64,000 nt of DNA, from positions 21,448,782 to 21,512,781 of the forward strand of contig NC_092377.1 of the NCBI RefSeq assembly GCF_030028105.1, read 5' to 3'. This DNA comes from Mobula birostris. Its lineage: Eukaryota. Made by a program: the position numbers and the translations under genes. Numbering within the stretch: position 1 is the first letter of the stretch; each line of letters starts with the position of its first letter. Below are positions 25,205-38,114 of this stretch, piece after piece. A model generated the notes under the pieces. It saw nothing but the letters and a program-made list of their open reading frames with translations, ran no database searches and was not told the origin of the DNA.

Positions 25205-26430
25205 CAAAACAGTTACGAGGGAGTATGAGGCTATTTGGCCCATCACATGTGCACTAGTTCTATGAAAGAGTAATGGAGCTACACTCTCCTCATAGGTCTG
25301 AAAATATTTTCCTTTCAGCTCCAACTCCCTATTGAATGCTACAAATGAGTCTGCCTCCACTACTGGCAATCCAAGCTGTAACTTCTCTTTCTTCAAGTGT
25401 TACTTCATGTCGGCTTTGGTTATTTTTCCCATTTGATATCCTGGTCCTTCGTGCTTTGGCCAATGCCAGCAGTTTCTCTCCATCTGATCTGCCTGTACCC
25501 TTCACGATATTCAATACCTCTCTGATTCCTTTGCAGCTTCCTTTGTTCTAAGGAAACTACCCCATCTTTTCCAGTCATTCTAAATTACTGCATCCCTCAT
25601 CCCAGAACCATTTCGATTAATGCCATATACACACTCCCTGAAACTTTAAACTTACCCAGATCTCAGCTGAGGTTAAAATGCTTCGACAGTGTCACTGTTA
25701 TTCCTTTGCTTTATATTCTATGTCTGTTTATGAAACACACAATTCTTTATGCTTTTCTTACATCATTTTCATCCCGATCTGTCAATTTCAATATTCTCCA
25801 AATACGTGTCTGTGCTCAGTTTAGAATTGCTTGCTTTCTTATTAAGATGTGACACTTCACAATTCTCAGCATTAATCTTCATCTGACACTTATCCATCCA
25901 ACTGGGCAACCTGCATGACTTGGTTCATGACCCTTCTAAGGTTTGTGTATCACCTGCAAATCTGGAAAGTTCCCCAATCTAAAGTATAAATATAAATATT
26001 TTTAACTAGACATCATTTCTTGGAATGCATCTCTGGGAAACTCCACCGGACCTTTCCCTTCAGTCCAGCAAACATTTCTAGCACATAGTATTTTGCTTCT
26101 CACTTTGCTCTTACATTTCTTTTAATACGGTGACCTTCAAAATTTGAAGACAAGCCTGTCATGTGGTACTATATCAAATGCCTTTTGGAAGTCCCTAAAT
26201 ACACCAATCATATCTTCCTCATTCCCACCCATTCCCCCCAGGTACTTGAAAAAACAAAGATTTAGTTGCACTTAATTTCCCTATAACAAATGCACTCGGC
26301 TTTCTCTAATCAGTCCACAATTATACAATTGACTGCTTATTTTGTCCTCGTTTAACATGACTAGAATTTCCCCAGTGAAATCATCTGATCTATAGTTACT
26401 GGATTTATCTGTACACCCTTTTTATTAAGA
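25205..26430 (-). mobile_element. Old CR1 fragments
   Basis: Inverted 3' UTR and DFQKAFD-like remnant (tatcaaatgccttttggaagtc). Confidence 0.6.
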
Positions 26431-26444
26431 CAAAAAGGACGCAA

Positions 26445-26860
26445 TTTTCTGGTGGAGAGCATTCTAACTGGTTGCATCACAGCATGGCACAGAGACTCCA
26501 ATGCACAGGACTGCAGAGGGTTGTCGACTAAGCCTGCTCCATCATTGGCACAATCCTCCACATCATCAAGGACATATTCAAGAGGGAGTGCCTCAAAAGG
26601 GAGCATTCATCATTAAGGACCCACAGAATCCGAGACATGACCTCGTCTCATGGGAGAGAGGTGGTTCAAGAGCATGAGAGCCCACACTCAGATTTACGAA
26701 CAGGTTCTTCACCTCCACATCAGATTCCTGAATGGTTCATGAACAGTACCTCATTATTCCTTTTTTGTTGTACTATTTTGTAATTTATAGTAATTTTATG
26801 TATTTTGACTGTGTTGTTTCTGCAAAACATAAGACAGTGATAATAAAACTGATTCTGATA
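26445..26860 (+). mobile_element. Rex1/Babar-like LINE 3' fragment
   Basis: VESILTGCITAW, IIKDP...NRFF..IRFLN, and an aataaaactgattctgat tail. Confidence 0.7.
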
Positions 26861-27068
26861 CTCAGGCACCAACTCCAAATCTAGAAGTGACTTCAAAATT
26901 ATGGCTACAGCCTCTGCAATTTTTTTTTGACATTCCTTCTGCAACCCAGGATGCATAGCATCTAGTTCAGGTCTCTTAGGCAATACTACTTCACTCTCTG
27001 CTTCCTTAGGAATTTGAGAATTGGTATGTCACTGAAGACTTGCAAATTTTTACAGATGTACAGTGGAG

Positions 27069-27492
27069 AATCAACAAACTCATTCGTAAGGCCAGTGATG
27101 TTGTGGGGATGGAACTGGACTCTCTCACGGTGGTGTCTGAAAAGAGGATGCTGTCCAAGTTGCATGTCATCTTGGACAATGTCTCCCATCCACTACATAA
27201 TGTACTGGTTGGGCACAGGAGTACATTCAGCCAGAGACTTATTCCACCGAGATGCAACACAGAGCGACATAGGAAGTCATTCCTGCCTGTGGCCATCAAA
27301 CTTTACAACTCCTCCATTGGAGGGTCAGACACCCTGAGCCAATAGGCTGGTCCTGGACTTATTTCCTGGCATAATTTATATATTACTATTTAATAATTTA
27401 TGGTTTTATTACTATTTAATTATTTATGGTGCAACGAAAACCAATTTCCCCCGGGATCAATAAAGTATGACTATGACTATGATTATGACTAT
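27069..27492 (+). mobile_element. Rex1/Babar-like LINE 3' end with (ATGACT)n tail, nested in another Rex-like fragment (27007-27600)
   Basis: NKLIRKASDVVG...SHPLHNVL...RHRKSFLPVAIKLYN; the host resumes attctgagtggttgcatcacagcctggtatg. Confidence 0.8.
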
Positions 27493-28849
27493 TCTGAGTG
27501 GTTGCATCACAGCCTGGTATGAAGCTTCCAATACACAGAATCACAAGAGACTCAAAGGGATATAGACTCAGCTATCTCTGCCACAGCAACAATTCTTCCT
27601 GTCATTTTCCTTGGTTAAGATTCTCGTGACAATCCTCCTTGACAGTCTGATTTAAAACACTCATTTATTGTCTCAACTACAAATATTTTACATATTTTGG
27701 TCTGACTCTCCTTTGCCTGGGCTCTCACAGCCCTTTCTCTGGCTGTAAGCTTTCGCATTCCTTTATATTTGTTCCCAATCTTTTCTTATTCTCCCTTTTT
27801 ACCCTGCTTACTTTCATATTCTTCCACCACATCAAAGAACTTTCAGAAGTCAGCCAAGTTCTTCATATTAACAAGTTGGCTTCATATGATTCCCCCCCCC
27901 CCCCCCCCCGGGCTTTACTTAACAGAACTTTCGGTTACCCAAGCAACTCTGGAATTAATTTTCCTTCCTTTTTCCATCATGGGAATGCACTTGAGCAGTA
28001 GTTGAAAAATTTCCACCCTCAAGACCCTACATCGTTCAATCTGATTTTTTCCCTGAAAACCTAGACTCCAAGTTACCTGTGCCAATTTGGCTCATGTCCA
28101 AACGAATATTTTACCTGGGACTAATCCATATTTTTCTCCATCATTATTCTAAACCTTCTGTTATGATTATTGTTTCCGAGATGTTTTGCACTGATACTTT
28201 ATCCACATGAACTAACTCTTTTACCAAAGCTACATCCAGCAATGCCACTTCCCTTGAATGGGCCAGTAATATGCTGACCATGGAAGTTTGCACACTCACA
28301 TTTCAATTCCTCCCCATCACACTTGAGGTATTACTATCAGTCTGCATTTGAAAAGTTATTATTCTTTGTTATCACTACCTGTGGCTTTTGCACACAATTT
28401 CCAAGCAAGTTTGTGAGCACCAGTTGCCAACCTCAACAAGAGACAGCATTTCTCTTTAATTTTGGAAACAGGTAATTTCTGCCATTCGTCAACCCAATCT
28501 CATTTCAGCATAGCAACACATTTCTTTATTATCATTCTCTCTGCATTTATGCCCATCTTCCCTGAATACCTTGCATCAGGAATATTTAGAATTGATTCCT
28601 ACTCTTTGTTGGTAATCATATTTTTGTTATTGCTGTTGCATTGTAATCATAATTGGTTGATGGTGCCTGCAGCTCATCACCTTTGTCTAATGTGTTCTGT
28701 GTTCTCCTCTTCTTTGTGAGGGAGAGATAAAACAATGGATTAGATAGTCCAAAATCAGTTTTTTGGAAAAATGCAGAATTCATTAAGAAATCGATAACAG
28801 AGTACTTAAACCTGTAAAATATGTTTGATTATGGACATCATAGTTTTAG

Positions 28850-30690
28850 AGACATCGCCAGAGAAATACAGCACAGAAGTGAGCCCTTCGGCCCATCTAG
28901 TCCATGCTGAAACTATTTAAACTGCCTATTCCCATCAGCCGGCACCGGGACCATAGCTCTCCATACTCCTACTATCCATATACCTATCCAAACTCCTTTT
29001 CAGTGTTGAAATCGAGCTCATGTGCACCACTTTTCCTGGCTACTGATTCTACCCTCATGACCCTCTGAGTGAAGTTTCCCCTCATTCCCTTTAAACTTCT
29101 CACCGTTCACCCTTAACCCATGATCTCTGGTTGTCATCCAACCCAACCTCAGTGGAAAAAATATACCTCTATCAAATCTCCACTCATTCTTCTGGGTTCT
29201 AAAGAATACAGTCCTAACCTATTCAATCTTTCCTTATGACTCAGATCCTCCAGTCCCAGCAACAGCCTTGTAAATTTTCACTGTACTCTTTTAACCTTAT
29301 TTACATCTTTTCTGTAGGTAGTTACCAAATCTACACAAAATACTCCAAAATAATCCTCGCCAAAGTCTTATAAAACTTCAACAGAACATCCCATCTCCTG
29401 TACACAATACTTTGATTTGTGCCAAAAGCTTTCTTTACGACCCTAACTGTGATGCCACTTTCAATGAATTATGGACCTGTATTCCCAGATCCCTTTGTTC
29501 TACAACACTCCTCAGAGCTCAACCATTCACTGTCGGTCGTACTGAAGTGTAAAACCTCACCTTTGTCTGTATTAAATTCCAACTGCCGTTTTTCAGCCTA
29601 TTTTTTCCAGCTGATGCAGAACCCTCTGCAAACCATGATTGCCTTCCTCATTGTCCACTACACTGTCATTCACAAATATGCTGATCCAGTTAACCACATC
29701 ATCATCCAGATGACTGATACAGATGACAAACTACAAAGGACCTAGCATTGATCCCTGCAGCACTCCACTAGTCACAGGCCTCTAGTTAGAGAGGCAACCA
29801 TCTACTACCACTCTCTGGCTTCTCCCACTAAGCCAATGTCCAATCCGATTTACTCAATTTACTACCTCATCTTGAGTACCGAGCAACTGGACCTTCTTGA
29901 TTAGTCTACCATGTGGGACCTGGTCAAATGCCATACTAAATTTCATGTAGACAACATCCACTGTCTTGCCTTTATCAACTTTCCTGGTAACCTCATCAAA
30001 AAAAACTTGACAAGTTTGTTTCGACATGACCTACACACACACAAAGCCAGGCTGACTATCCTCAATCAATCCATGTCTATCCAAATACTTACATATCCAG
30101 TCTCCTGGAATACCTTCCAATAACTTTGGCACAATTGATATCAGACTCACTGGCCTACAATTTTCCTGGTTTATGTTTAGAACCTTTTTTAAACAGCAGA
30201 ACAACACTGGCTATCCTTGAATCCTCTGGTACTTTCACTGTTGCTAAGGTGATTTAAATATCTCTGCTAGGGCCCTGGCAATTTCTGCACTTGCCTCCCA
30301 GAGGATCCAAGGGAAAACCTGATTTCCTTAGGGTAGCAAACACCTCCTCCACTGTAATCTGTACAGGGTCCATGAAGTTGATGCTGCTTTGCATTGCTTC
30401 TATATACTGTGCCATCTCCTGAGTAAATACAGAAGCAAAGAATTCATTTAAGACCTCCCACATCTCTTTTGGCTCCACATATGGATTACCATTCTGGTCT
30501 TTCAGAGGACCAATTTTGTCCCCTGCAATCCTTCTGCTCTTAACATATCTGTAGAATCCTTTAGGATTTTCCTTCATCTTGTCTGCCAGAGTAACTGCAT
30601 GCCTTCTTTTAGCCCTCCTGATTTAAGTGTTCCCTTGCATTTCTTATACACCCATAGGTACCTCATTTGTTCCTACTTGCCTATTATCAA
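28850..30690 (-). mobile_element. CR1 ORF2 fragment
   Basis: KENPKGFYRYVKSRR...LNEFFASVFT, followed by RT and 3' tail. Confidence 0.88.
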
Positions 30691-31344
30691 ATTTTTTTTA
30701 AAGTGTTAAACAATTTTAACATTGGCTTTTTTTGAAATATAGCCCGGAGGATTGAAAAATAAAGCATATTTGGAGTTCCAAAATGTATTTGGTAAAGTGC
30801 TACACCTTTTTGCTTACAGTAAGTGTCATACATTAAGATGGACTGATGGAAAATAAAGGTAGGATATATTTGCTTTAGAAACAGTGTAGAAAAGGTTCAC
30901 CAGCTTTAATTCCTGGGATGAGGTGGTTGCCTAATGAGAAAAGATGAAGCAGAAAAAGACATTAGCTCTCAGGTCCTTGGTAGCGAGAGCATTGAAACAT
31001 ACAACCTTAAATAGCTTGACATGGCATACAAAGTATACTTCGCTGCTGGGGAAGTCAGGGAAAAAGAAATGGCATCATCTTAGTGTAAGGGGTTGGCTAC
31101 TTAATTCCCAAGCAAATATCCCTTTTCACAAGGTTCTAAACTTTCAGGACCCTCTCCCGAATGACCACAGCCATTAGCTGTGGTCAAGATTGAAGTAGGT
31201 AGGCTCTGGGAATGAGGCCATAAAGTCAATTTCAATCACTGATCAGAACAGCTATTTTTACAACAACCCAAATTGTTCTGTGAGAGCTGTATTCAAAAGT
31301 AAACATCCAGATTTTAAAAAGAATCTAGTGCTTTCCCAGTGTAT

Positions 31345-31462
31345 ATGACAAATCAACTCTTCCCGGGCTTCCAGGTATCAATTATAACCAACATTTGGAT
31401 GACAAACTCTGGCATCTTCAAGAAGAGTTAACTGGCTAGAAGCCCGAGAAGAGTTTATTCAT
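31345..31462. repeat. Short inverted repeat, probably from a second Penelope-like family
   Basis: aactcttcccgggcttccag versus ctagaagcccgagaagagtt around a ~60-nt spacer. Confidence 0.6.
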
Positions 31463-31826
31463 CCAGATTTGTTGCTGTGGTAGAATTAAAATTTGTGCTG
31501 TTACGAGAAAAAGCTTCTGAGAGGCCTACATGCAAAATAATAGCCATAATTAAAACTATTCTGTAAAATTACACAGAGAGCTCAATCATTTGGAGAAAGT
31601 AATTAAAATAAAAACATCATACTATCCAATATACTGCAGTATCTTACCTATAACAATGAATTTTAAAAAAATTTAAATAGATGTTGATAAATAGTAACAT
31701 TTGTACATTAACTCTTCACACTTTGATCAGATTTTAAAACCACTTTTTCTAATGACAATATTAGAACTGTATTGAATAAATACAGTTAGACTGCGAATTT
31801 GATTTACAATCTTAGATTAGGCTTAC

Positions 31827-32044
31827 CTCTGTCTGGTTGATGTTTGCATTGGGAACTCTGGGGGCATGGTGACTTAGTGCAGACAGGCAAGCAAGGATAA
31901 GATGAATTGCTCCGATCTCCAAAGCCATCCGCCTAAGGAGAACGCCGTCATCAGTAGTCAATGGGGTGGTACTGAATAAAGTGCGCAAAACATGGAATGG
32001 AAGTGTAGGAAGAACATTTGCTGATGGGGACTGTAGGATGTGAC
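31827..32044 (-). CDS. BIRC6: BIRC6 coding exon (SHILQSPSAN...NINQTE), 218 nt
   Basis: ttttcag|GT ... GAG|gtaagc; HILQSPSANVLPTLPFHVLRTLFSTTPLTTDDGVLLRRMALEIGAIHLILACLSALSHH. Confidence 0.96.
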
Positions 32045-32397
32045 CTGAAAATTCAAGAGAAAATGAAAAGGATTTTTTAAAAAAACTGTTTTGATGACTG
32101 GATTCTCGATAACTAAAATTAAAATTCCTTTTCAGCAGCTGGAGGTTTTATTATTCATTAATGTTCAAAAATTACAAATTGAACAAATAACTACCTGCTG
32201 TATATGCAAATGTTTTCCACAATGCCATTTGCTCATAACATGATGCAGTTTTCTAAAAGAGCTAGTGACTGTGAACCATTATTTTATTAATTTAGAAATA
32301 CAGCATAGTAACAGGCCCTTCCAGCCCAAGGAGTCCAGGCTGCCTAATTACACCAATGTGACCAGTTAACCTATGCCTTTGGATGTATGGGTTAGTT

Positions 32398-32620
32398 CAG
32401 GGGTCCCCAACCTTTTTTGCACCATGGACCAGTTTAATATTGACAATATTCTTGTGGACTGGCTGATGAGGGGGGCGGGGGGGGGTGTTCAAGTTCAACA
32501 GTACGTGACAGGGAATGAGGAAAGGTGCAGCTGACTCGCAATCGTTTCATATCACCAAATCATATTGTTTCTTCGCGGCCCGGTACCACATGCTTTGCGG
32601 CCCGGTGGTTGGGACCACTG
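32398..32620. mobile_element. hAT (Charlie-type) MITE
   Basis: Termini caggggtccccaacc...ggttgggaccactg; 8-bp TSD ggttagtt at 32390-32397 and 32621-32628. Confidence 0.9.
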
Positions 32621-32944
32621 GGTTAGTTAGTTGGTCACATGAATGTAATTGTCTTAATTATCATTTTCCGTTGCTCCCCCAGGATCAAGGATGACTTGCT
32701 TTTTTGGGATATCAGCAGGCCAATGAAGCCAATGCGTGGCCCTGCAAATAGGTGTTCTCCTTCAGCTACTTTCACTGATCTTCTGTGTGCTTCTATGTGT
32801 GAATTTCACACTCTCAATCTCAGATGTACCACAAAGCTCACGATAACAGAAAACGCAAGAAATACTCAGCAAACAAGGTTACATCTGGGAGAAGAAACAG
32901 AGTTAACTTGGCAGATTGAAGACCCTTCATCCAGATGAAGTTAA

Positions 32945-33790
32945 CATAAGAACATAGGAATAGGAGCAGAAGCAGGCCATCTGGCCTGGTGAGCCTGCTG
33001 CATCATTCAATAAGATCATGGCTGATCTGACCATGGACTCATCTCCACCCACCTGCCATAACCATTAATTCCCCTATAATGTAAAAATCTATCCAACCTT
33101 GTCTTAAATATTATTACTGGGGTAACCTCCACTGCTTCATTGGACAGAGAATTCCACAGATCCGCCACTCTCTGAGAAAAGCAGTTCTTCCTCAACTCCA
33201 TCCTAAATTTACTCCCCATGTCCCCTAATTTAAGTCTCACCTACCAGTGGAAACAACTTTCCTGCCTCTATCTTATCTATCCCTTTCATTAATTTTATAT
33301 GTTTCTATAAGATCTCCTTTCATCCTTCTGAATTCTAGCAAGTACAGTCCCAGGCATCTCAATCTCTCCTCATAGTCTAACCCCTCATCTCTGGAATCAA
33401 CCTGGTGAACCTCCTCTGCACCACCTCCAAAGCCAGTATACTCTTCCTCAAGTCAGGAGACGAGACCTGCACGCAGTACTCCAGGCGCAGCCTCACTAGT
33501 ACCTTGTACGGTTGCAGCAGATCTTCCCTGCTCTTAAATTCAATCTCTCTACTAATGAAGGCCAACATTCCATTTGCCTTCTTGATAGCCTGCTGCACCT
33601 GCAAACCAGCCTTTTTGTGATTCATACACAAGCACTCCCAAGTTCCCCTGCACAGCAGCACGATGCAATTTTTTTTTACCATTTAAATAACAATGTGCTC
33701 TCTCATTTTTCTTTCCAAAGTGGATGACCTCACATTTACCAACAATGGACTTAATCCGCCAGACCCCTGCCCACTCACTTATCCTATCTA
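32945..33790 (-). mobile_element. CR1 3' fragment
   Basis: AIKKANGMLAFISR...LEYCVQ...VQRRFTRLIP; aacataagaacata tail. Confidence 0.88.
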
Positions 33791-34316
33791 CATCTGTTTT
33801 ATTTCATATTTTTGTTTTAGATTTCCAGCATCTGCACTTTATAAATTTGACTTTTAAAGTTCAGGCTTAGTACAATGGGCAGCAGATTACTGACCACTGT
33901 ATGCTTCCAAGTCTCGGAAGACGTGGACTATTTACCGTCAGCACTTCTAAGCACAGGGGAGATATCACCAATACTGTGAAAACTCCTCCAAATCCACGAG
34001 TAAAATATGGCAACCAACGTTACCATTATTTCTCATATCAACACCCTCATCAAGACTAACTACACTCAGACCACACTGTTGGACAAGCTGCATTGTTTGC
34101 ATGCCTAATACTAGACAGCCAAAGTAGATGTGGTTATGCAGAGGAAAGGAATCGAGGGTGGTCTAAACATTGCCTAGGAAAAAATATCATTTTAGTGGCC
34201 CTTGGCCTGTGAATATTCAAAGAAGAGAAACACTAAGAAACTCAAGCTAAGTGATAATTTGATTATATTATTAAAGGTAGAATCATGGAGAAAAAAGTAC
34301 ACATAATGACACTTAC

Positions 34317-34617
34317 TGCCTTCACCATCATCAGTTACTCCGAGCACCAATCTAAGCAAACACTGTGCATGCTTCCGTTCTTTGAGGAGTACTTCAGCAT
34401 AACCTGGCAAACGGAGGAAGAGTCCAAAGGCTGCAAGAGAATGCGCTGGGATGGGAGACATGGCTGGGACAGTTGATTTGATTGGCGGCGGCTCTGCAGT
34501 TATTGTCTCAGGGGCTTCATAAACCAATTCACCAGACTGCTCTATGGTGACCCACTCAAACTGTTCATTGTCTTTGGGCTTTTCTTGTGAAGTCGATGTT
34601 ACCACTGGGGCACTCAC
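34317..34617 (-). CDS. BIRC6: BIRC6 coding exon (VSAPVVTST...VTDDGEG), 301 nt
   Basis: gtgtttag|GTG ... GGC A|gtaagt; QFEWVTIEQSGELVYEAPE...HSLAAFGLFLRLPGYAEVLLKERKHAQCLLRLVLGVTDDGEG. Confidence 0.97.
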
Positions 34618-36939
34618 CTAAACACACAAATAGAAGGTGCTAAAACAAAACTTTAATATATCAATCATTTGAATTCTGATAGAATCACGATTTTTCATTT
34701 TTTAAATTAAGTAAAATCTGTCAAACTGGACCCTAGCTGAATGATGATTGTCCATCAGCTAACTAAGGCCTCACCAGTAAATATGGTGAGTCTTACATTT
34801 AAGCAACAAATTAGACACAATTTTGTAAATACTGTTTGTTCTATCCCAATGTATTAAATTGTTTAGTAGAAGCAATTTGAAATCTTGCACAAAACTAAGC
34901 AAGCCAGTAGTAAATTTACGACTTGGTAATGCTGATTAGTGACAATGGATGCATCTGTCAAATTTTAAACTGGGCACTAGATAAATCAAGATGTCCTTCA
35001 GCAAATATGTAACCAATAAAGAGAGAGGATGGTAGTCTGGCAGAAACTGAAAATATGGTACAACAGGACAAGCAGTTCTGATAGTAATGCTCTTTCTATA
35101 AGTACATTAAATAATCTATATGAATGATACAAGCCTAAGGTTTTGGGCAAGCAAAAATACAAAAAGTCTACTGACACTAGTAGCAGACTTGTCAATAAGA
35201 GGACTTAAGTAAAATCATACAAGTGTGGAAAATACATTACTTGCAAGGTAATTGAATAATTCTCACAGAAGCAGAGTAGAAAATCTATAGATAACTCCAC
35301 AGTATGGCAAACAAAATGAAAGATATAGTATTTAGGACAAGCTACAAGCATCTAGACAACAGAAAAGTAAAAAGAAACTTACATGAAAAATTTCATTCTG
35401 TTGAATAAATATGGAACAAGATTTAAACAGAGGAGACATAAGAGACTATAGATGCTGTAATCTGGAGAAGCATACAATCTGCTGTTATAACTCTGAGTTA
35501 AGTATCATCAGTGGGAGGAAAGAAATTGTTGATGCCTTGGGTCAAAAACCTGCATCAGGACCAAGTGGAAAGGAGAGCCGGCCAAATTATTTCCCATTCT
35601 GTATTGAATTAATATTTAAGAATCTGCTGAATACAGAACTCAAACCAGACTTTATTTTCAAATATTTGCTCTGCACTTGTTCATTTAACACAATCCAAAC
35701 AATTCACAATTCAAACTCGGTCACCATGAATGCTGCAAGAGCACAGAGTTAATATTTGCTGATAACTACTGTGAAATGGGCTGTGTATTTACCATCAACA
35801 CCTAAAGTCAGCTGAAAGAGTACTTTACCATTCGACTTTCAACTTGAAATGCAACTAAATTCAAATAAATGATCGTAAATTCTGTCATGTAATTGGTTTA
35901 ATAACTTATGATAAATACTGAACTCAAACAAGCAGAATTAATAATTTCTCAGGAGTTTAAACGGATATTCCTCTCAAGGTTCAAACTCTTCTGGCAATCA
36001 TAAATTTGATAACTTCCTCCTTGATCACTTAAATCCAGTACATTGAATGAAACCTCAGTTGTCCTACAATTTAAAGCTCTCAGATTTAAGAATTTCCTTT
36101 ACTATATAGGACCAATTTAACATTTAAAGATTCAATATCTCATATCAAAAGTGTTTCACTTCAACATTACTCTAATATATTTCTACAATTTCACTGACTC
36201 ATAAACTTATGACAGGATTTAATTGCATTCTTTCCTTGAATTGATTATGCCTGTTTCACAATGAATCAAGTGGGGACAATCATGATGCTATCACTTAAGA
36301 TTTCAGGGGTAGACAGAAAAAGTCAACTTTTAGTGTGAGCAAACTACGGCAAATGAACTTGAACAACGTGGGAATGAACGGCCAGGATAGAGCTGTTTCA
36401 ACCAGATTCCTAGAAAATGGTTACTTTGCTGATTAAATATTTCAAAAAACTGGAACATGCTGAAACTTCTGATGGAAATTTTTAACAGAGCATTTTGAAA
36501 AACCAATAAAACAGATGACAGTAATACAGCAAAGCCACTTGTATCAGGATACGTATCACAAACCTGAACAACTGCTTCATATCACCTTCACAGGTTCATG
36601 TTGTGTAAATAGCTTTAAACCAACCCTGTCCTGCTCATAGGGATGCAGGACTCCAAGCTTTCTCTCAGAACTCATTCAGGACTGTAGGAACTAGGTTTCC
36701 CTTCCCCTCCTTCCAAGGGGCACAGTACCAGGGATCATCAACAGCAAAGATCAACACCTATACTCTATGGTATTATCACTTTGCCAGCATGGCATTCTGC
36801 AACTGGAAATGGAAGCTTTCAATCAGACTGGCTAAAGTCATGAAACGGATATGTTAATTCCATTTGGTGTTTCATTTGAACAACTGTAACTTAACTGGCA
36901 TCTCAGATGAGAGTGATAAATGATTATCAAATATCTTAC

Positions 36940-37136
36940 TTGCTGGATAACATCAGGATATAACATCGGCAACCTTTCAGCTATGAGTGCAAGCCCACCC
37001 ATGCCAGCAAACACTTGCAGTGGAGACTGGATAGGATTAGTTTCAAGCAAAGATTCATCCAGGGCATTGTCTAAGCAGTCATCACTAGGTTGCAAGGCTT
37101 CATCTTCAGGGCAGCTGGTCAACCCATCTCCGAGTT
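36940..37136 (-). CDS. BIRC6: BIRC6 coding exon (ELGDGLTSCPEDE...PDVIQQ), 197 nt
   Basis: tttttgcag|AA ... CAA|gtaaga; PIQSPLQVFAGMGGLALIAERLPMLYP. Confidence 0.96.
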
Positions 37137-37167
37137 CTGCAAAAATAGTACATATAAATTACAAAGA

Positions 37168-37360
37168 GAAAATCTACAGATGCTGAAAATCCAAGCAACA
37201 TACACACACAAAATGCTGGAGGAACTCAGCAGGCCAGGAAGCATCTATGGAAAAGAGTACAGTTGACGTTTCAGGCTGAGACTCTTCGTACAGTTCACTG
37301 TACTCTCTTCCATAGATGCTGCCGGGCTTGCTGAGTTTCTCCAACATTTTGTACGTGTTA
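37168..37360. mobile_element. Penelope-like terminal repeat in inverted (fold-back) arrangement
   Basis: Arms at ~37204-37263 and ~37297-37359 are reverse complements around a hammerhead remnant. Confidence 0.8.
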
Positions 37361-37509
37361 GTTAAACATAAGTTAGCCTGCCAAACATGAAAACAAGGCA
37401 ATACTGATAAGGCAAGGAATTGATGATAAATTTATTCATTAAGAGGCTATCTTTTTATATTACCAATATGATTATACAGTATAGCGCTTCAAAAGGGTGC
37501 AAAAGGGAA

Positions 37510-38060
37510 CAAACGCTAAGCAAGCCAAGCAGGGGATGTTTTGCTGAGGCTTTATAAGGCACTGGTGAGGCCTCACCTTGAATATTGTTACAGTACTAGG
37601 CTCCTCATCTAAGAAAAGACGTGCTGCCATTGGAGAGGGTTCAGAGGAAGTTCACAAGGTTCCGGGAATGGAAGGGTTAGTATGCATGAGGAATGCCTGA
37701 TGGCTCTGGGTCTGCACTCATTGGAATTTAAAAGGATGAGGAAAGATCTAATTGAAACTTTAGGAATGTTGAAAGGTCTAGACAAAGTAGTGTGGAAAGA
37801 ATGTTTCCCATGGTGGGAGTGTCTTGGACAAGAGGGCACAACCTCAGGATAGAGGGGCGTCCATTTAAGACAGATGTGGAAAAATTTCTTCAGCCAGAGG
37901 GTGAATTTGTGGAATTTATTACCACAGGCAGTTGGGTGTATTTAAGGCAGAGCTTGTTAGATTCTTGATTGGACACAGCATCAAAGGTTACAGGAAGAAG
38001 GGCGGAGAGTGGGGCTGAACAGGGGGGATAAAAAGGATCAGCCATGTTTGAATGGAGGAG
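37510..38060 (+). mobile_element. CR1 3' fragment
   Basis: LYKALVRPHLEYC...LERVQRKFTR. Confidence 0.85.
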
Positions 38061-38114
38061 CAATTTCAATAATTTGCATGCTTCAGATTGCCAACCCTGA
38101 AACAGGCTGCTCCA

